A stretch of 64,000 bases of DNA, taken from the NCBI RefSeq assembly GCF_963976135.1, contig NZ_CAXBKN010000001.1:22885-86884 (forward strand), read 5' to 3'. This document shows, piece after piece, positions 13,123 to 22,158 of this stretch (its first letter is position 1; each line of letters begins with the position of its first letter). The position numbers and the translations under genes are program-made. A model generated the notes under the pieces. The model saw nothing but the letters and a program-made list of their open reading frames with translations, did not search any database and had not been told where the DNA came from. This DNA is from an uncultured Maricaulis sp. (lineage in GTDB: Bacteria; Pseudomonadota; Alphaproteobacteria; Caulobacterales; Maricaulaceae).

Positions 13123-13654
13123 CAAAGACGTCTCACCATCCGATTCGATGTCACAGTCGACCATGCCGACCAAGAGGACTGCCATGAAATCCAGAGCCCC
13201 ATCCATCCTCTCGGGTGACCTTGTACTGACCGGATCGATCGTGTCCGAAGGTGAAGTTCAACTCGATGGTACCGTAGACGGCGATATTCGCGCCGGTTCG
13301 CTGATCATCGGCGAAGAGGCCGTGGTCACCGGCGAAGTCTATGCCGAGACCGTCGTCATCCGCGGCAAGGTCTCCGGCAGCGTCCGCGCCCGCCAGGTAC
13401 AGCTGGCTGCGACCGCCCGGATTGAGGGCGATATTGTCCATGCCGCCCTGTCGGTCGAAAGCGGTGCCTTCTTCGACGGCCATTGCCGCCACTCGACAGA
13501 TCCGCTTGCCGAAAAGAGCGCTCCCTCGGCACCGAGCGCATCCAGCGCTCCGGCAACATCGAGCGCGCCTAAAATGGATAATCGTCCACCGGCAGCGAAC
13601 AAGCCGGCATCAGTGGAACAACCACCTCTGGCTGCGAATAAATCCAGCCTCTGA
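13109..13654 (+). CDS. bacA: Bactofilin (polymer-forming cytoskeletal protein)
   Basis: PSILSGDLVLTGSIVSEGEVQLDGTVDGDI...GAFFDG bactofilin beta-helix flanked by low-complexity tails. Confidence 0.9.
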   Translation: MFKGNKDVSPSDSMSQSTMPTKRTAMKSRAPSILSGDLVLTGSIVSEGEVQLDGTVDGDIRAGSLIIGEEAVVTGEVYAETVVIRGKVSGSVRARQVQLAATARIEGDIVHAALSVESGAFFDGHCRHSTDPLAEKSAPSAPSASSAPATSSAPKMDNRPPAANKPASVEQPPLAANKSSL

Positions 13655-13678
13655 TCGGCCATTGCCGCGACAAAGAAG

Positions 13679-13709
13679 AAGCCGGCGCCCCATGGGCCGC
13701 CGGCTTTTT
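13679..13709. terminator. Intrinsic terminator between convergent bacA and prfB
   Basis: AAGCCGGCG...CGCCGGCTT stem followed by a T run; A-rich on the 5' side. Confidence 0.75.
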
Positions 13710-13768
13710 CGTGTCCAGAAGCTGGATACCCTATCCCCCCGGGATCACGCCCTTCGGATTGTCCAAAA

Positions 13769-14897
13769 TCAGGACTCGGCCTCTTCGCCCCCGACCCGCG
13801 CCGCGAGGGCCGCGGCCATGAAGGCATCCAGATCACCATCCAGCACACCACCCGTATCGGAGGTCTCCACGCCGGTGCGCAAATCCTTCACCATCTGATA
13901 GGGCTGCAGGACATAGGAGCGGATCTGGTGCCCCCAGCCAATCTCGCTCTTGCTGTCTGCCAACGCCTGGGCCGCGGCCTCGCGGCGTTGCAGCTCAATC
14001 TCGTAGACCCGCGCGCGCAGCATGTCCCAGGCACGCGACCGGTTCTTGTGCTGTGAGCGGTCATTCTGGCACTGAACGACGACCGCCTTCTCCTCGCCGG
14101 GCATGTCATAGGTCAGGCGCACGGCGGAATCGGTCTTGTTGATGTGCTGTCCGCCGGCGCCGGAGGCACGATATGTGTCGGTGCGCACCTTGGACTCATC
14201 AATATCAACCTCGATCGCATCATCGATCTGCGGATAGACACCGACCGAGGAAAAACTGGTGTGGCGGCGGGCGCTGGAATCGAAGGGTGATATCCGCACC
14301 AGACGGTGCACACCGGCCTCCGTCTTCAGCCAGCCATAGGCATTTTCGCCTTTCACAAGGATGGTCGTCGACTTCAGACCGGCCTCTTCACCCGCCTGCT
14401 CTTCCATCGTCTCGACGCTATAGCCCTGCGCATTGGCCCAGCGCATATACATGCGCGCCAGCATGGCAGCCCAGTCCTGGCTTTCGGTGCCGCCAGCGCC
14501 GGAATGAATCTCGACAAAGGCATCATTGCCGTCGGCTTCGCCGGAGAGCAGCGTCTCCAGCTGGGCGCGGCGCATGCGTTCTGCCAGACGGTCAAGGCCG
14601 GCAACAGCCTCTTCCACCATCTCGGAATCGTCTTCCATCTCGGCCAGCTCGATCATTTCGACGCTGTCGGAGAGTTCCTGCTCGGCCTCAATCACCGTGT
14701 TGATCGCGCCTTCCAGCCGGGTGCGTTCCCGCATCAATTCCTGCGCCTTGGCGGGATTGTTCCAGAAGTCGGGGTGCTCGGATCTGGCATTCAGTTCGTC
14801 TAGTCTTTTCTGGGCTGTATCCCAGTCAAAGACGCCTCCTCAGCAGGCCTACGGCCTGCTGGATTTCATCGGACAGGTTCTGGATGTCTGCGCGCAT
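13769..14897 (-). CDS. prfB: Peptide chain release factor 2 with programmed +1 frameshift
   Basis: ATG 14897 gives [23 protein letters not shown], then CTT TGA C (14831-14825) preceded by AGGAGG; +1 frame continues DWDTAQKRL... with SPF and GAGGQ motifs. Confidence 0.97.
14825..14840 (-). other. prfB frameshift site (internal SD AGGAGG plus CTTTGAC)
   Basis: Minus strand reads AGGAGGCGTCTTTGAC. Confidence 0.95.
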
Positions 14898-14997
14898 GGG
14901 GCAAGGGCCCTTCCTGGGTCAACCGGGTCTGTAGTGGAGATAAAGGCCGCGAACCGGTCCGACAAGCCGGGCAGTGCAGACCGTCTGGAGCGGCGCG

Positions 14998-17490
14998 TTA
15001 GTAGAGCCCGCCCAGATCGTCTTCCTCATCATCCTCGCCGGGACCGTCTTCGGCCTCCGCGGCCAGCTGGGACATCGGATCTTCGCTCACCGAATTGCGC
15101 GCAAAACTCAATCCGCTTTCATCCTCACGGGAATGCCGGGCCGGCTCGGTGCCAGGCCGGAAGGCTTCCAGGATCACGCCCGACTGGCCGAGAATGCCCG
15201 GTTCGCCCGTCGTGCGATCAATCGGCACCAGGCGTACGCCCGGCGGCACGCGGAATGGCGCAACCGGGTAGTTCTCGAGCGCCTGAGCGAGAAAGTCGCG
15301 CACGATCGGCGCGGCAACGCGGCCACCTGCTTCGCCCGAGCCCAGCTGGTATGGAGTGTCGAACCCGATATAGGCACCGACGACAATGTCGGGACCAAAG
15401 CCGACAAACCAGGCATCGCGGAAATCATTCGTGGTGCCGGTCTTGCCGCCCAGTGGCCGGCCGAGCGAGCCCAAGGCTGTCCCGGTGCCGCGCTCGACGG
15501 CGCCCTCGAGCATGTGCACGACCTGGTAGGCGGTCACGGGGGAGACGACTTCAATACCGGTTTCCGGGAAGACCGGCTCGGCCAGGCCGGCCTGCCAGTC
15601 TGGATTGTCACAGATTTCGCATTCGAGCTGTTCATGGGCGAAAATCGTCGCCCCGAAACGGTCCTGAACCCGGTCGAGCAGGGTCGGCTCGACGCGGCGG
15701 CCGCCATTGACCAGGGTCGAATAGGCCGAGACCAGCCGGTAGAGCGTGGTTTCGCCGGAGCCCAGCGCCATCGCCAACACCGGCTCAAGCTCGTCATAAA
15801 TGCCGAAGCGCACGCCGTAATCGACGATCGGATCCATGCCCATTTCCTGTGCAAGCCGGACCGTCATGACATTGCGGGACAATTCGAGACCGAGCCGCAG
15901 GGTCGACATGCCGTAATAACGTTCCGAGTAATTCTGCGGCATGTAGAAGCGCTCTTCCGGACCACCGGAGGCGACGAAGGGCGCGTCGAGGATCAGGCTG
16001 GCCGGCGTATAGCCATTGTCCAGCGCGGCAGCGTAGACGAAAGGTTTGAAGGACGAGCCCGGCTGACGGCGCGCCTGGGTGGCGCGATTGAACTGGCTCA
16101 GCTGGAAGCTATAGCCGCCCACCATGGCCAGGACGCGGCCGGTATGCGGATCCATCGCCAGCAGGCCGCCATTGATCGCCGGCACCTGGCGCAGGCCATA
16201 TTCATCCTCGGTTTCGGGCAAGGCCTCGACAATGATCACATCACCGGGGCTGAGCACGGTGCTCGCACGGCTGATTGCAGGGCCCATGGCACCATCGCCA
16301 AGCGATTCGCGCGCCCAGCTCAGCTCGGAGAGTTCAATACGCCCCTCCTCGCCATTGAGCAGGCCAATGCGCGCCTCGCTATCGCCGCTCGCCAGCACCA
16401 GGGCCGGGATCCAGCCCTCATCCATATCGCGCGGCATGTCGACTTCGGCGAGTCGATCCACCCAACCCTCGCCAAGCTCGATCTGAGTCAGCGCGCCATG
16501 ATAGCCATGCCGCCGGTCATAGACTTCAAGTCCGTCGCGCAAGGCCCGGCGCGCGGCCAGCTGCAGAGTCGTATCCAGCGTGGTCCGGATCGACAGGCCG
16601 CCATTGTAGAGCTCTTCATCGCCATACATCGAGAAGACTTCGCGCCGGACATTCTCGACGAAATACTCCGCCGCGGTATAGGTCGCGCCCGACAGGCGGT
16701 CGACTGTGGTCAGGGGCCGGGCTGCGGCCTCGCTGGCTTCCTCTTCGGTGACATAGCCATTGGCGGCCATGCGCGAGAGCACCCAATTGCGCCGGTTGAC
16801 GGCGGCTTCCGGGTGGCGTTCTGGATGGAAGAGGGCCGGCCCGTTGACGACGGCGGAGAGATAGGCGGTTTCTTCCAGCGACAGCTCGTCGATCGATTTG
16901 CCAAAATAATTCAGGGCCGCAGCCGCGATTCCATAGGAGCGGCGGCCGAAATAGATCTCGTTGAGATAAAGCTCGAGAATCTGGTCTTTGGTAAAAGCGC
17001 GCTCGATGCGGCGCGTCAGCACCATTTCCTGCACCTTGCGCTCGAGGCGCTGTTCACTTGAGAGCAGGAAATTCTTCGCGACCTGCTGGGTAATGGTCGA
17101 GGCGCCTTCCAGGTTTTCGCCGCGGATCACATGGCCGACATTGGCCAGCATCGCACGCAGGATGCCCCGGAAGTCGAGCCCGCCATGGTCGTAGAAATTC
17201 TTGTCCTCGGCCGAGATGAAGGCGTGAACGACATTTTGCGGTATATTGTCGATCGGAACGAAGACGCGGTGTTCCCGGGCATATTCGGCAATCAACAGGC
17301 CGTCGCCGGCATGCACGCGGCTCATGATCGCCGGCTCATACTCAGCCAATTGCTGGTAATCCGGCAGATCATCGGTGACGCGGACGACATAGATCGCCAC
17401 GGCAATAAAGCCGACCACGGCGAGCACCACTGCCGCTATCCCGCCCCACAGGGCTGCACGCATGACATTACGCAATGTGAAAATCTTCAT
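14998..17490 (-). CDS. mrcA: Penicillin-binding protein 1A (bifunctional transglycosylase/transpeptidase)
   Basis: EDKNFYDH, GASTITQQVAKN, RQPGSSFKP (SxxK), SRN, GKTGT. Start at ATG 17490 chosen from the GAGG SD. Confidence 0.95.
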   Translation of the reverse strand: MKIFTLRNVMRAALWGGIAAVVLAVVGFIAVAIYVVRVTDDLPDYQQLAEYEPAIMSRVHAGDGLLIAEYAREHRVFVPIDNIPQNVVHAFISAEDKNFYDHGGLDFRGILRAMLANVGHVIRGENLEGASTITQQVAKNFLLSSEQRLERKVQEMVLTRRIERAFTKDQILELYLNEIYFGRRSYGIAAAALNYFGKSIDELSLEETAYLSAVVNGPALFHPERHPEAAVNRRNWVLSRMAANGYVTEEEASEAAARPLTTVDRLSGATYTAAEYFVENVRREVFSMYGDEELYNGGLSIRTTLDTTLQLAARRALRDGLEVYDRRHGYHGALTQIELGEGWVDRLAEVDMPRDMDEGWIPALVLASGDSEARIGLLNGEEGRIELSELSWARESLGDGAMGPAISRASTVLSPGDVIIVEALPETEDEYGLRQVPAINGGLLAMDPHTGRVLAMVGGYSFQLSQFNRATQARRQPGSSFKPFVYAAALDNGYTPASLILDAPFVASGGPEERFYMPQNYSERYYGMSTLRLGLELSRNVMTVRLAQEMGMDPIVDYGVRFGIYDELEPVLAMALGSGETTLYRLVSAYSTLVNGGRRVEPTLLDRVQDRFGATIFAHEQLECEICDNPDWQAGLAEPVFPETGIEVVSPVTAYQVVHMLEGAVERGTGTALGSLGRPLGGKTGTTNDFRDAWFVGFGPDIVVGAYIGFDTPYQLGSGEAGGRVAAPIVRDFLAQALENYPVAPFRVPPGVRLVPIDRTTGEPGILGQSGVILEAFRPGTEPARHSREDESGLSFARNSVSEDPMSQLAAEAEDGPGEDDEEDDLGGLY

Positions 17491-17583
17491 GACGCCCTCT
17501 GGACCCTCGCCCCAACGGTCCGCACTCAAAATCACGACACCGCGGCGGCATTATGGCCACCCGGCGCCGAGGCACAAACCGAT

Positions 17584-18795
17584 TCAGCGGACGGGCAATT
17601 CCCGTGACGGATTTTCCTGCGGCGAACCGATATCGCCGCGCCGGGCAAAATAGGCATCAATCCCGTTCACGACAGCGCCCATCTGGCGGCGGCGCGCGGC
17701 CGCCGAGGTCAAGTTAGCCTCGTCATTGCGATTGGTCACGAAACCCATTTCCAGCAGCACGGCCGGCACCCGCGAATCAAGCAGGACGAAGAGGTTCGCC
17801 TGACGATGCGGATTTTGCAGCAGGGGCCCTGCCGTTGCGAGATGCTCGAGCAAAACCTCGGCGAAGGCTGTCGACTGATTGCGTTTCTCACGCAGTTCCA
17901 GTTCGACGAGAATATTGTTGACGTCGGCCTGGTCGGTCGGCCCGGGACCTTGGTTTGCCCGTTGCCGCGCGCGATTCTCGGCCCGGTCATTCAGCGTATA
18001 GACCGCTGTGCCGTGGACGCTGCTATCGGCCGAGGAATCCGCATGGATCGAAAGGAAGAGATCGGCGCGTTGTTCCACCATCACTCCGACCCGGTCTTCC
18101 CAGGACGGATAGACATCGCGGTCGCGGGTCATGAAGACTTCATATCGGCCCGTCGCCTCGAGCTGACGCCGCAGTTCGCGTGCGGCTTCCAGTGCCACCT
18201 CGCTTTCGCGTGTGCCGCCAGGGCTCATCGATCCGGGATCCCGTCCGCCATGGCCGGCATCGATGACGAGCACACGGCGCGCCCGCGATGGCGGCGGCGT
18301 ATAGACGGCCTCGACGCGCTCGGCGATCAGGGATTCAATGCCGCCGGTCCGGATAAAACCGGATGTGGCGGCGAAATTGCCGGGATTGGCCGGGGCCAGA
18401 TCGATGACGAGGCGATAATTCCCCCCGGCATTCGGTGGCTCCAGGACAAATTGCGACGCGATAACCGCCGGGTCGTCCAGTTCGAACACAACCCGCGATG
18501 TCGTGGCGGAATTATTGAAGAAGCGAAAATTGCCAACCAGGCCAGCGCCAAGCCCTTCGCCCGCGTCCAGTCCGCGAACAGCCCAGGAGGAGGCCGGCAT
18601 GTCGACCACCAGCCGGTCGGTCGGGCCATCCAGCGTGAACGCGCGGAAATCCGCCGGGTCTGAAGTCTCGATCACGATCCGCGTCCGGTCATCCTCGATG
18701 CCGAAACGCACATCGCGAACCTGCGAATCCGCGAACGCTCCCGCGCTAACGAGCAGGCTTCCGAGAAATGCCCAAATAAGCCGTTGAACTTGCAT
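17584..18795 (-). CDS. amiC: N-acetylmuramoyl-L-alanine amidase with AMIN domain
   Basis: Signal peptide, AMIN-like region, VIDAGHGGRDPG, LFLSIHADS, PAVLLEMGFVTN. Start could be 18813. Confidence 0.9.
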   Translation of the reverse strand: MQVQRLIWAFLGSLLVSAGAFADSQVRDVRFGIEDDRTRIVIETSDPADFRAFTLDGPTDRLVVDMPASSWAVRGLDAGEGLGAGLVGNFRFFNNSATTSRVVFELDDPAVIASQFVLEPPNAGGNYRLVIDLAPANPGNFAATSGFIRTGGIESLIAERVEAVYTPPPSRARRVLVIDAGHGGRDPGSMSPGGTRESEVALEAARELRRQLEATGRYEVFMTRDRDVYPSWEDRVGVMVEQRADLFLSIHADSSADSSVHGTAVYTLNDRAENRARQRANQGPGPTDQADVNNILVELELREKRNQSTAFAEVLLEHLATAGPLLQNPHRQANLFVLLDSRVPAVLLEMGFVTNRNDEANLTSAAARRRQMGAVVNGIDAYFARRGDIGSPQENPSRELPVR

Positions 18796-19281
18796 CACCA
18801 CACCATCGCACATACCGTGATTCTGTACACGGCTTTTGATGCACCCTAACCGGTGGAGCTTGACGTTTCGTTGATGAAATCATGCAATCGCGCCTTTATT
18901 TCCGGACCGCCACAAAGGCTTTCCTTAGCGACCCGAATGTTGCATGTTGAAAAGGCCTTGGCTGATGTTCGACTCCAAACGGAGTTGCGATACTTTGCCA
19001 GGCGCGAAGAGGCCGCGTCCGATCCGGACGTGCCGACACGCTCTTCTTTTGCCACGGGACAGATTTCTGGTCCCCCGTGGCCCCGACCGCCGCGCCCTCG
19101 CCCGCATGGATTTCCATGGCCCGGGCGCGTTTTTGAAAACAGCCGACACGTGAGGCTAGCCTGATGCTTACATCTTTGCTGCCAGGCCATAGCTCACCCA
19201 TCGCGCCCCCGCCGCTCCTGATATCTGCGCCCTTCCTTCCGGAAGCCCGCGGTCAGGATGTGCGCGCAGGAGACACCCTTT

Positions 19282-22044
19282 ATGTCAAAGAAAATGCTGA
19301 TCGATGCAGGTCACCCGGAAGAGACCCGCGTCGTAGTCGTCGACGGAACCAAAGTTGAGGATTTCGACTTTGAATCTGCGGCCCGCCGGCCGATTCGCGG
19401 CAATATCTATCTCGCGAAAGTCACGCGGGTAGAGCCATCGCTCCAGGCCGCCTTCGTGGAGTATGGCGGCAATCGCCATGGCTTCCTCGCCTTCAACGAG
19501 ATCCATCCCGACTATTATCAAATCCCCTATGAGGATCGCGCCGCCCTCGCTGCCGAGGAAGCCAGCGCCGTTGATTCGGATTCCGACGATGAGGCGGAAG
19601 CGGCCAGCGAAGCGCCGTCCGTCGAGACCGATGAGTCCGGTGAGCCGATCGAGGCTCCCGAAAGCTTCGGTGATGACAGCGATGATGAAGACGAGATCGC
19701 GGAAGAAAAAGCCGCTCGCCGCAGCCGCCAGCTCTACCGCAAATACAAGATCCAGGAAGTCGTCAAACGGCGCCAGATCCTGCTGGTCCAGGTGGCCAAG
19801 GAAGAACGCGGAAACAAGGGCGCAGCTCTGACGACCTATCTGTCGCTGGCCGGCCGTTATTGCGTCCTGATGCCAAACACCCCGCGCGGTGGCGGTATTT
19901 CGCGCAAGATCGCCAATGTCACCGATCGCAAGCGCCTCAAATCCGTCGTCAGCGAGCTGGACCTGCCCAAGGGCATTGGCCTGATCATCCGCACTGCGGG
20001 TGCCTCGCGCACCAAGATCGAGATTCGCCGCGACGCCGATTATCTGCTGCGCCTGTGGGAGAATATCCGCGAGCTGACGCTGAAATCCGTCGCTCCGGCG
20101 CTGATCTATGAGGAAGGCAATCTCGTCAAGCGCGCGATTCGCGACCTCTATGACAAGGATATCGACGGCGTGCTGGTCGAGGGCGAGGCAGCCTATAAGG
20201 AAGCCAAGGCCTTCATGCGCATGCTGATGCCGAGCCATGCCAAGAAGGTTCAGCACTATAACGAGATCGTGCCGCTCTTCCTGCAGCACCAGGTCGAGAC
20301 CCAGCTCGAGGCGATCTATTCCCCGATCGCACCGCTGAAGTCCGGTGGCTATATCGTCATCAACCCGACCGAAGCGCTGGTCTCGATCGACGTCAATTCC
20401 GGTCGCTCGACCCGCGAACGCAATATCGAAACCACCGCCGTCAAGACGAATATCGAAGCCGCCCATGAAGCGGCGCGCCAGATGCGTCTGCGCGACCTGG
20501 CCGGCCTGATCGTGATCGACTTCATCGATATGGATGAATCGAAGAATGTCCGGGCTGTTGAAAAGGTGATGAAGGACGCGCTGAAACGCGACCGGGCCCG
20601 CCTGCAAATGGGCCGCATTTCCCAGTTCGGGCTGATGGAGATTTCCCGTCAACGCCGACGCACCAGCCTGATCGAAGGCTCCACCGAGCCCTGCCCGCAC
20701 TGTAAGGGAAGCGGTTATATCCGCTCGGTCGAATCGAGCGCGCTGGTTGCCCTGCGCGGCCTTGAAAAAGAAGGCATGCGCGGGCGCGCCAAGCGGGTCC
20801 GTATCTCGCTGCCGACCTCAATCGCCATTTATATGCTCAACGAGAAGCGCGAACACCTTCTGGCGATCGAAGAGCGCTTCCAGATGAATATTTCGGTCGC
20901 ATCCGATGACGCGATCATCGCGCCGGAATTCGTCATCGAAGCCATCGAGCTGCGGGCACCGGGCGAGGAATTCGTCATTCCACGCCAGACCGTCATCGCT
21001 GACGCCGCCGATATCGCCGACGAACTCGTCATGGACGAGGAAGACAGCGAGCCGGAAAGCACTGAAAGCGAAAGTCAGGAACGGGGCCGCTCACGCTCCC
21101 GCAACAATCGCGACGCCGCCTCGGGCCCGAGCCCGGATGCTGCCGATGGCGAAACCGCCGAGGATGGCACACGCCGCCGCCGACGCCGGCGCCGGCGCAA
21201 GGGATCTTCCGAGGAGGGCTCTGCAGAACTCGCGGCCACGAACGATACGGCTGATACCGGCGCGAGCGAAGCCACCGAAGATGAAGACGGACCGGAAAAT
21301 GGCGAACCCGCTCCGGGTGCCACTGCCGCCGAGGATGGCGATTCACCACGCCGCCGCCGCCGCCGCGGTCGCCGGGGTGGACGCTCGCGCCGTCGCACCG
21401 AAGGTCAGAGCGCCGAAGGTCAGACCAATGACCAACCGGGCGAGGACGCGTCATCCCAGGAGGTCGGTGATGCCGGACCGGTCACCGCTGGCGCTGATGA
21501 CCTTGCTCCCGTAGCGGTCGCTCCGGACGCCGCTGGCGCCGAGAAACCTGTGCGTAAGCGCGCGCCTCGCCGCCGCAAGACGGCGGACACCGACACAGCG
21601 ACGGCCAGCGGCGATGTGCCTGATTCGGCTCCCGCTGAGGCTCTTGCCGCGCCAGCCGATGTGGCTGCGGCCACGGATGAAGCGCCCAAGCGCCGCACCC
21701 GCCGCCCACGCAAGACCGCCGAGACCGCGGCGCCCGAGGCTGATGCCGCGGCCACTCCCGTTGAAGCCGAGAAGCCGAAACCCCGCACCCGCCGCAAAAA
21801 GGCCGAAGTCGCACCCGAGACTGCAGTTGAGGCGCCCGCCGCCGAAGCGGCAGCTGCAGCGACGGAAAAGCCGGCGCCAAAGCGTAAACGTGCCACGGCT
21901 GCAAAGCCTGCAGCAGCCCCGGTCGCCGAGGCCGCCGCCGAACCGGCAGCGGACACAGCAGCCGAAACGGCCGATGCCCAGCCCCAGCCCGCCAAACCCG
22001 TCAAGCGCGGCTGGTGGAACCGGACCGGGTTGTTCGGCAAGTAA
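19282..22044 (+). CDS. rne: Ribonuclease E
   Basis: MSKKMLIDAGHPEETRV, S1 domain, IDVNSG, DLAGLIVIDFIDM, CPHC Zn link, long disordered tail ending KRGWWNR; AGGAGA SD. Confidence 0.97.
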   Translation: MSKKMLIDAGHPEETRVVVVDGTKVEDFDFESAARRPIRGNIYLAKVTRVEPSLQAAFVEYGGNRHGFLAFNEIHPDYYQIPYEDRAALAAEEASAVDSDSDDEAEAASEAPSVETDESGEPIEAPESFGDDSDDEDEIAEEKAARRSRQLYRKYKIQEVVKRRQILLVQVAKEERGNKGAALTTYLSLAGRYCVLMPNTPRGGGISRKIANVTDRKRLKSVVSELDLPKGIGLIIRTAGASRTKIEIRRDADYLLRLWENIRELTLKSVAPALIYEEGNLVKRAIRDLYDKDIDGVLVEGEAAYKEAKAFMRMLMPSHAKKVQHYNEIVPLFLQHQVETQLEAIYSPIAPLKSGGYIVINPTEALVSIDVNSGRSTRERNIETTAVKTNIEAAHEAARQMRLRDLAGLIVIDFIDMDESKNVRAVEKVMKDALKRDRARLQMGRISQFGLMEISRQRRRTSLIEGSTEPCPHCKGSGYIRSVESSALVALRGLEKEGMRGRAKRVRISLPTSIAIYMLNEKREHLLAIEERFQMNISVASDDAIIAPEFVIEAIELRAPGEEFVIPRQTVIADAADIADELVMDEEDSEPESTESESQERGRSRSRNNRDAASGPSPDAADGETAEDGTRRRRRRRRRKGSSEEGSAELAATNDTADTGASEATEDEDGPENGEPAPGATAAEDGDSPRRRRRRGRRGGRSRRRTEGQSAEGQTNDQPGEDASSQEVGDAGPVTAGADDLAPVAVAPDAAGAEKPVRKRAPRRRKTADTDTATASGDVPDSAPAEALAAPADVAAATDEAPKRRTRRPRKTAETAAPEADAAATPVEAEKPKPRTRRKKAEVAPETAVEAPAAEAAAAATEKPAPKRKRATAAKPAAAPVAEAAAEPAADTAAETADAQPQPAKPVKRGWWNRTGLFGK

Positions 22045-22052
22045 TACGGCCA

Positions 22053-22084
22053 GCGGGCCGGGCTCCGTTGAGCGCCCGGCCCGC
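22053..22084 (+). terminator. Strong hairpin after rne (terminator or 3' protection structure, no clear U tail)
   Basis: GCGGGCCGGGC...GCCCGGCCCGC 11-bp stem. Confidence 0.5.
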
Positions 22085-22158
22085 CGGTCATATCATTGAA
22101 GTCTGTCCCGCAAGGGTTCAGGGCTTTTCCGAAGCGGGGGCTTGGGAGTGGAAGCTGA

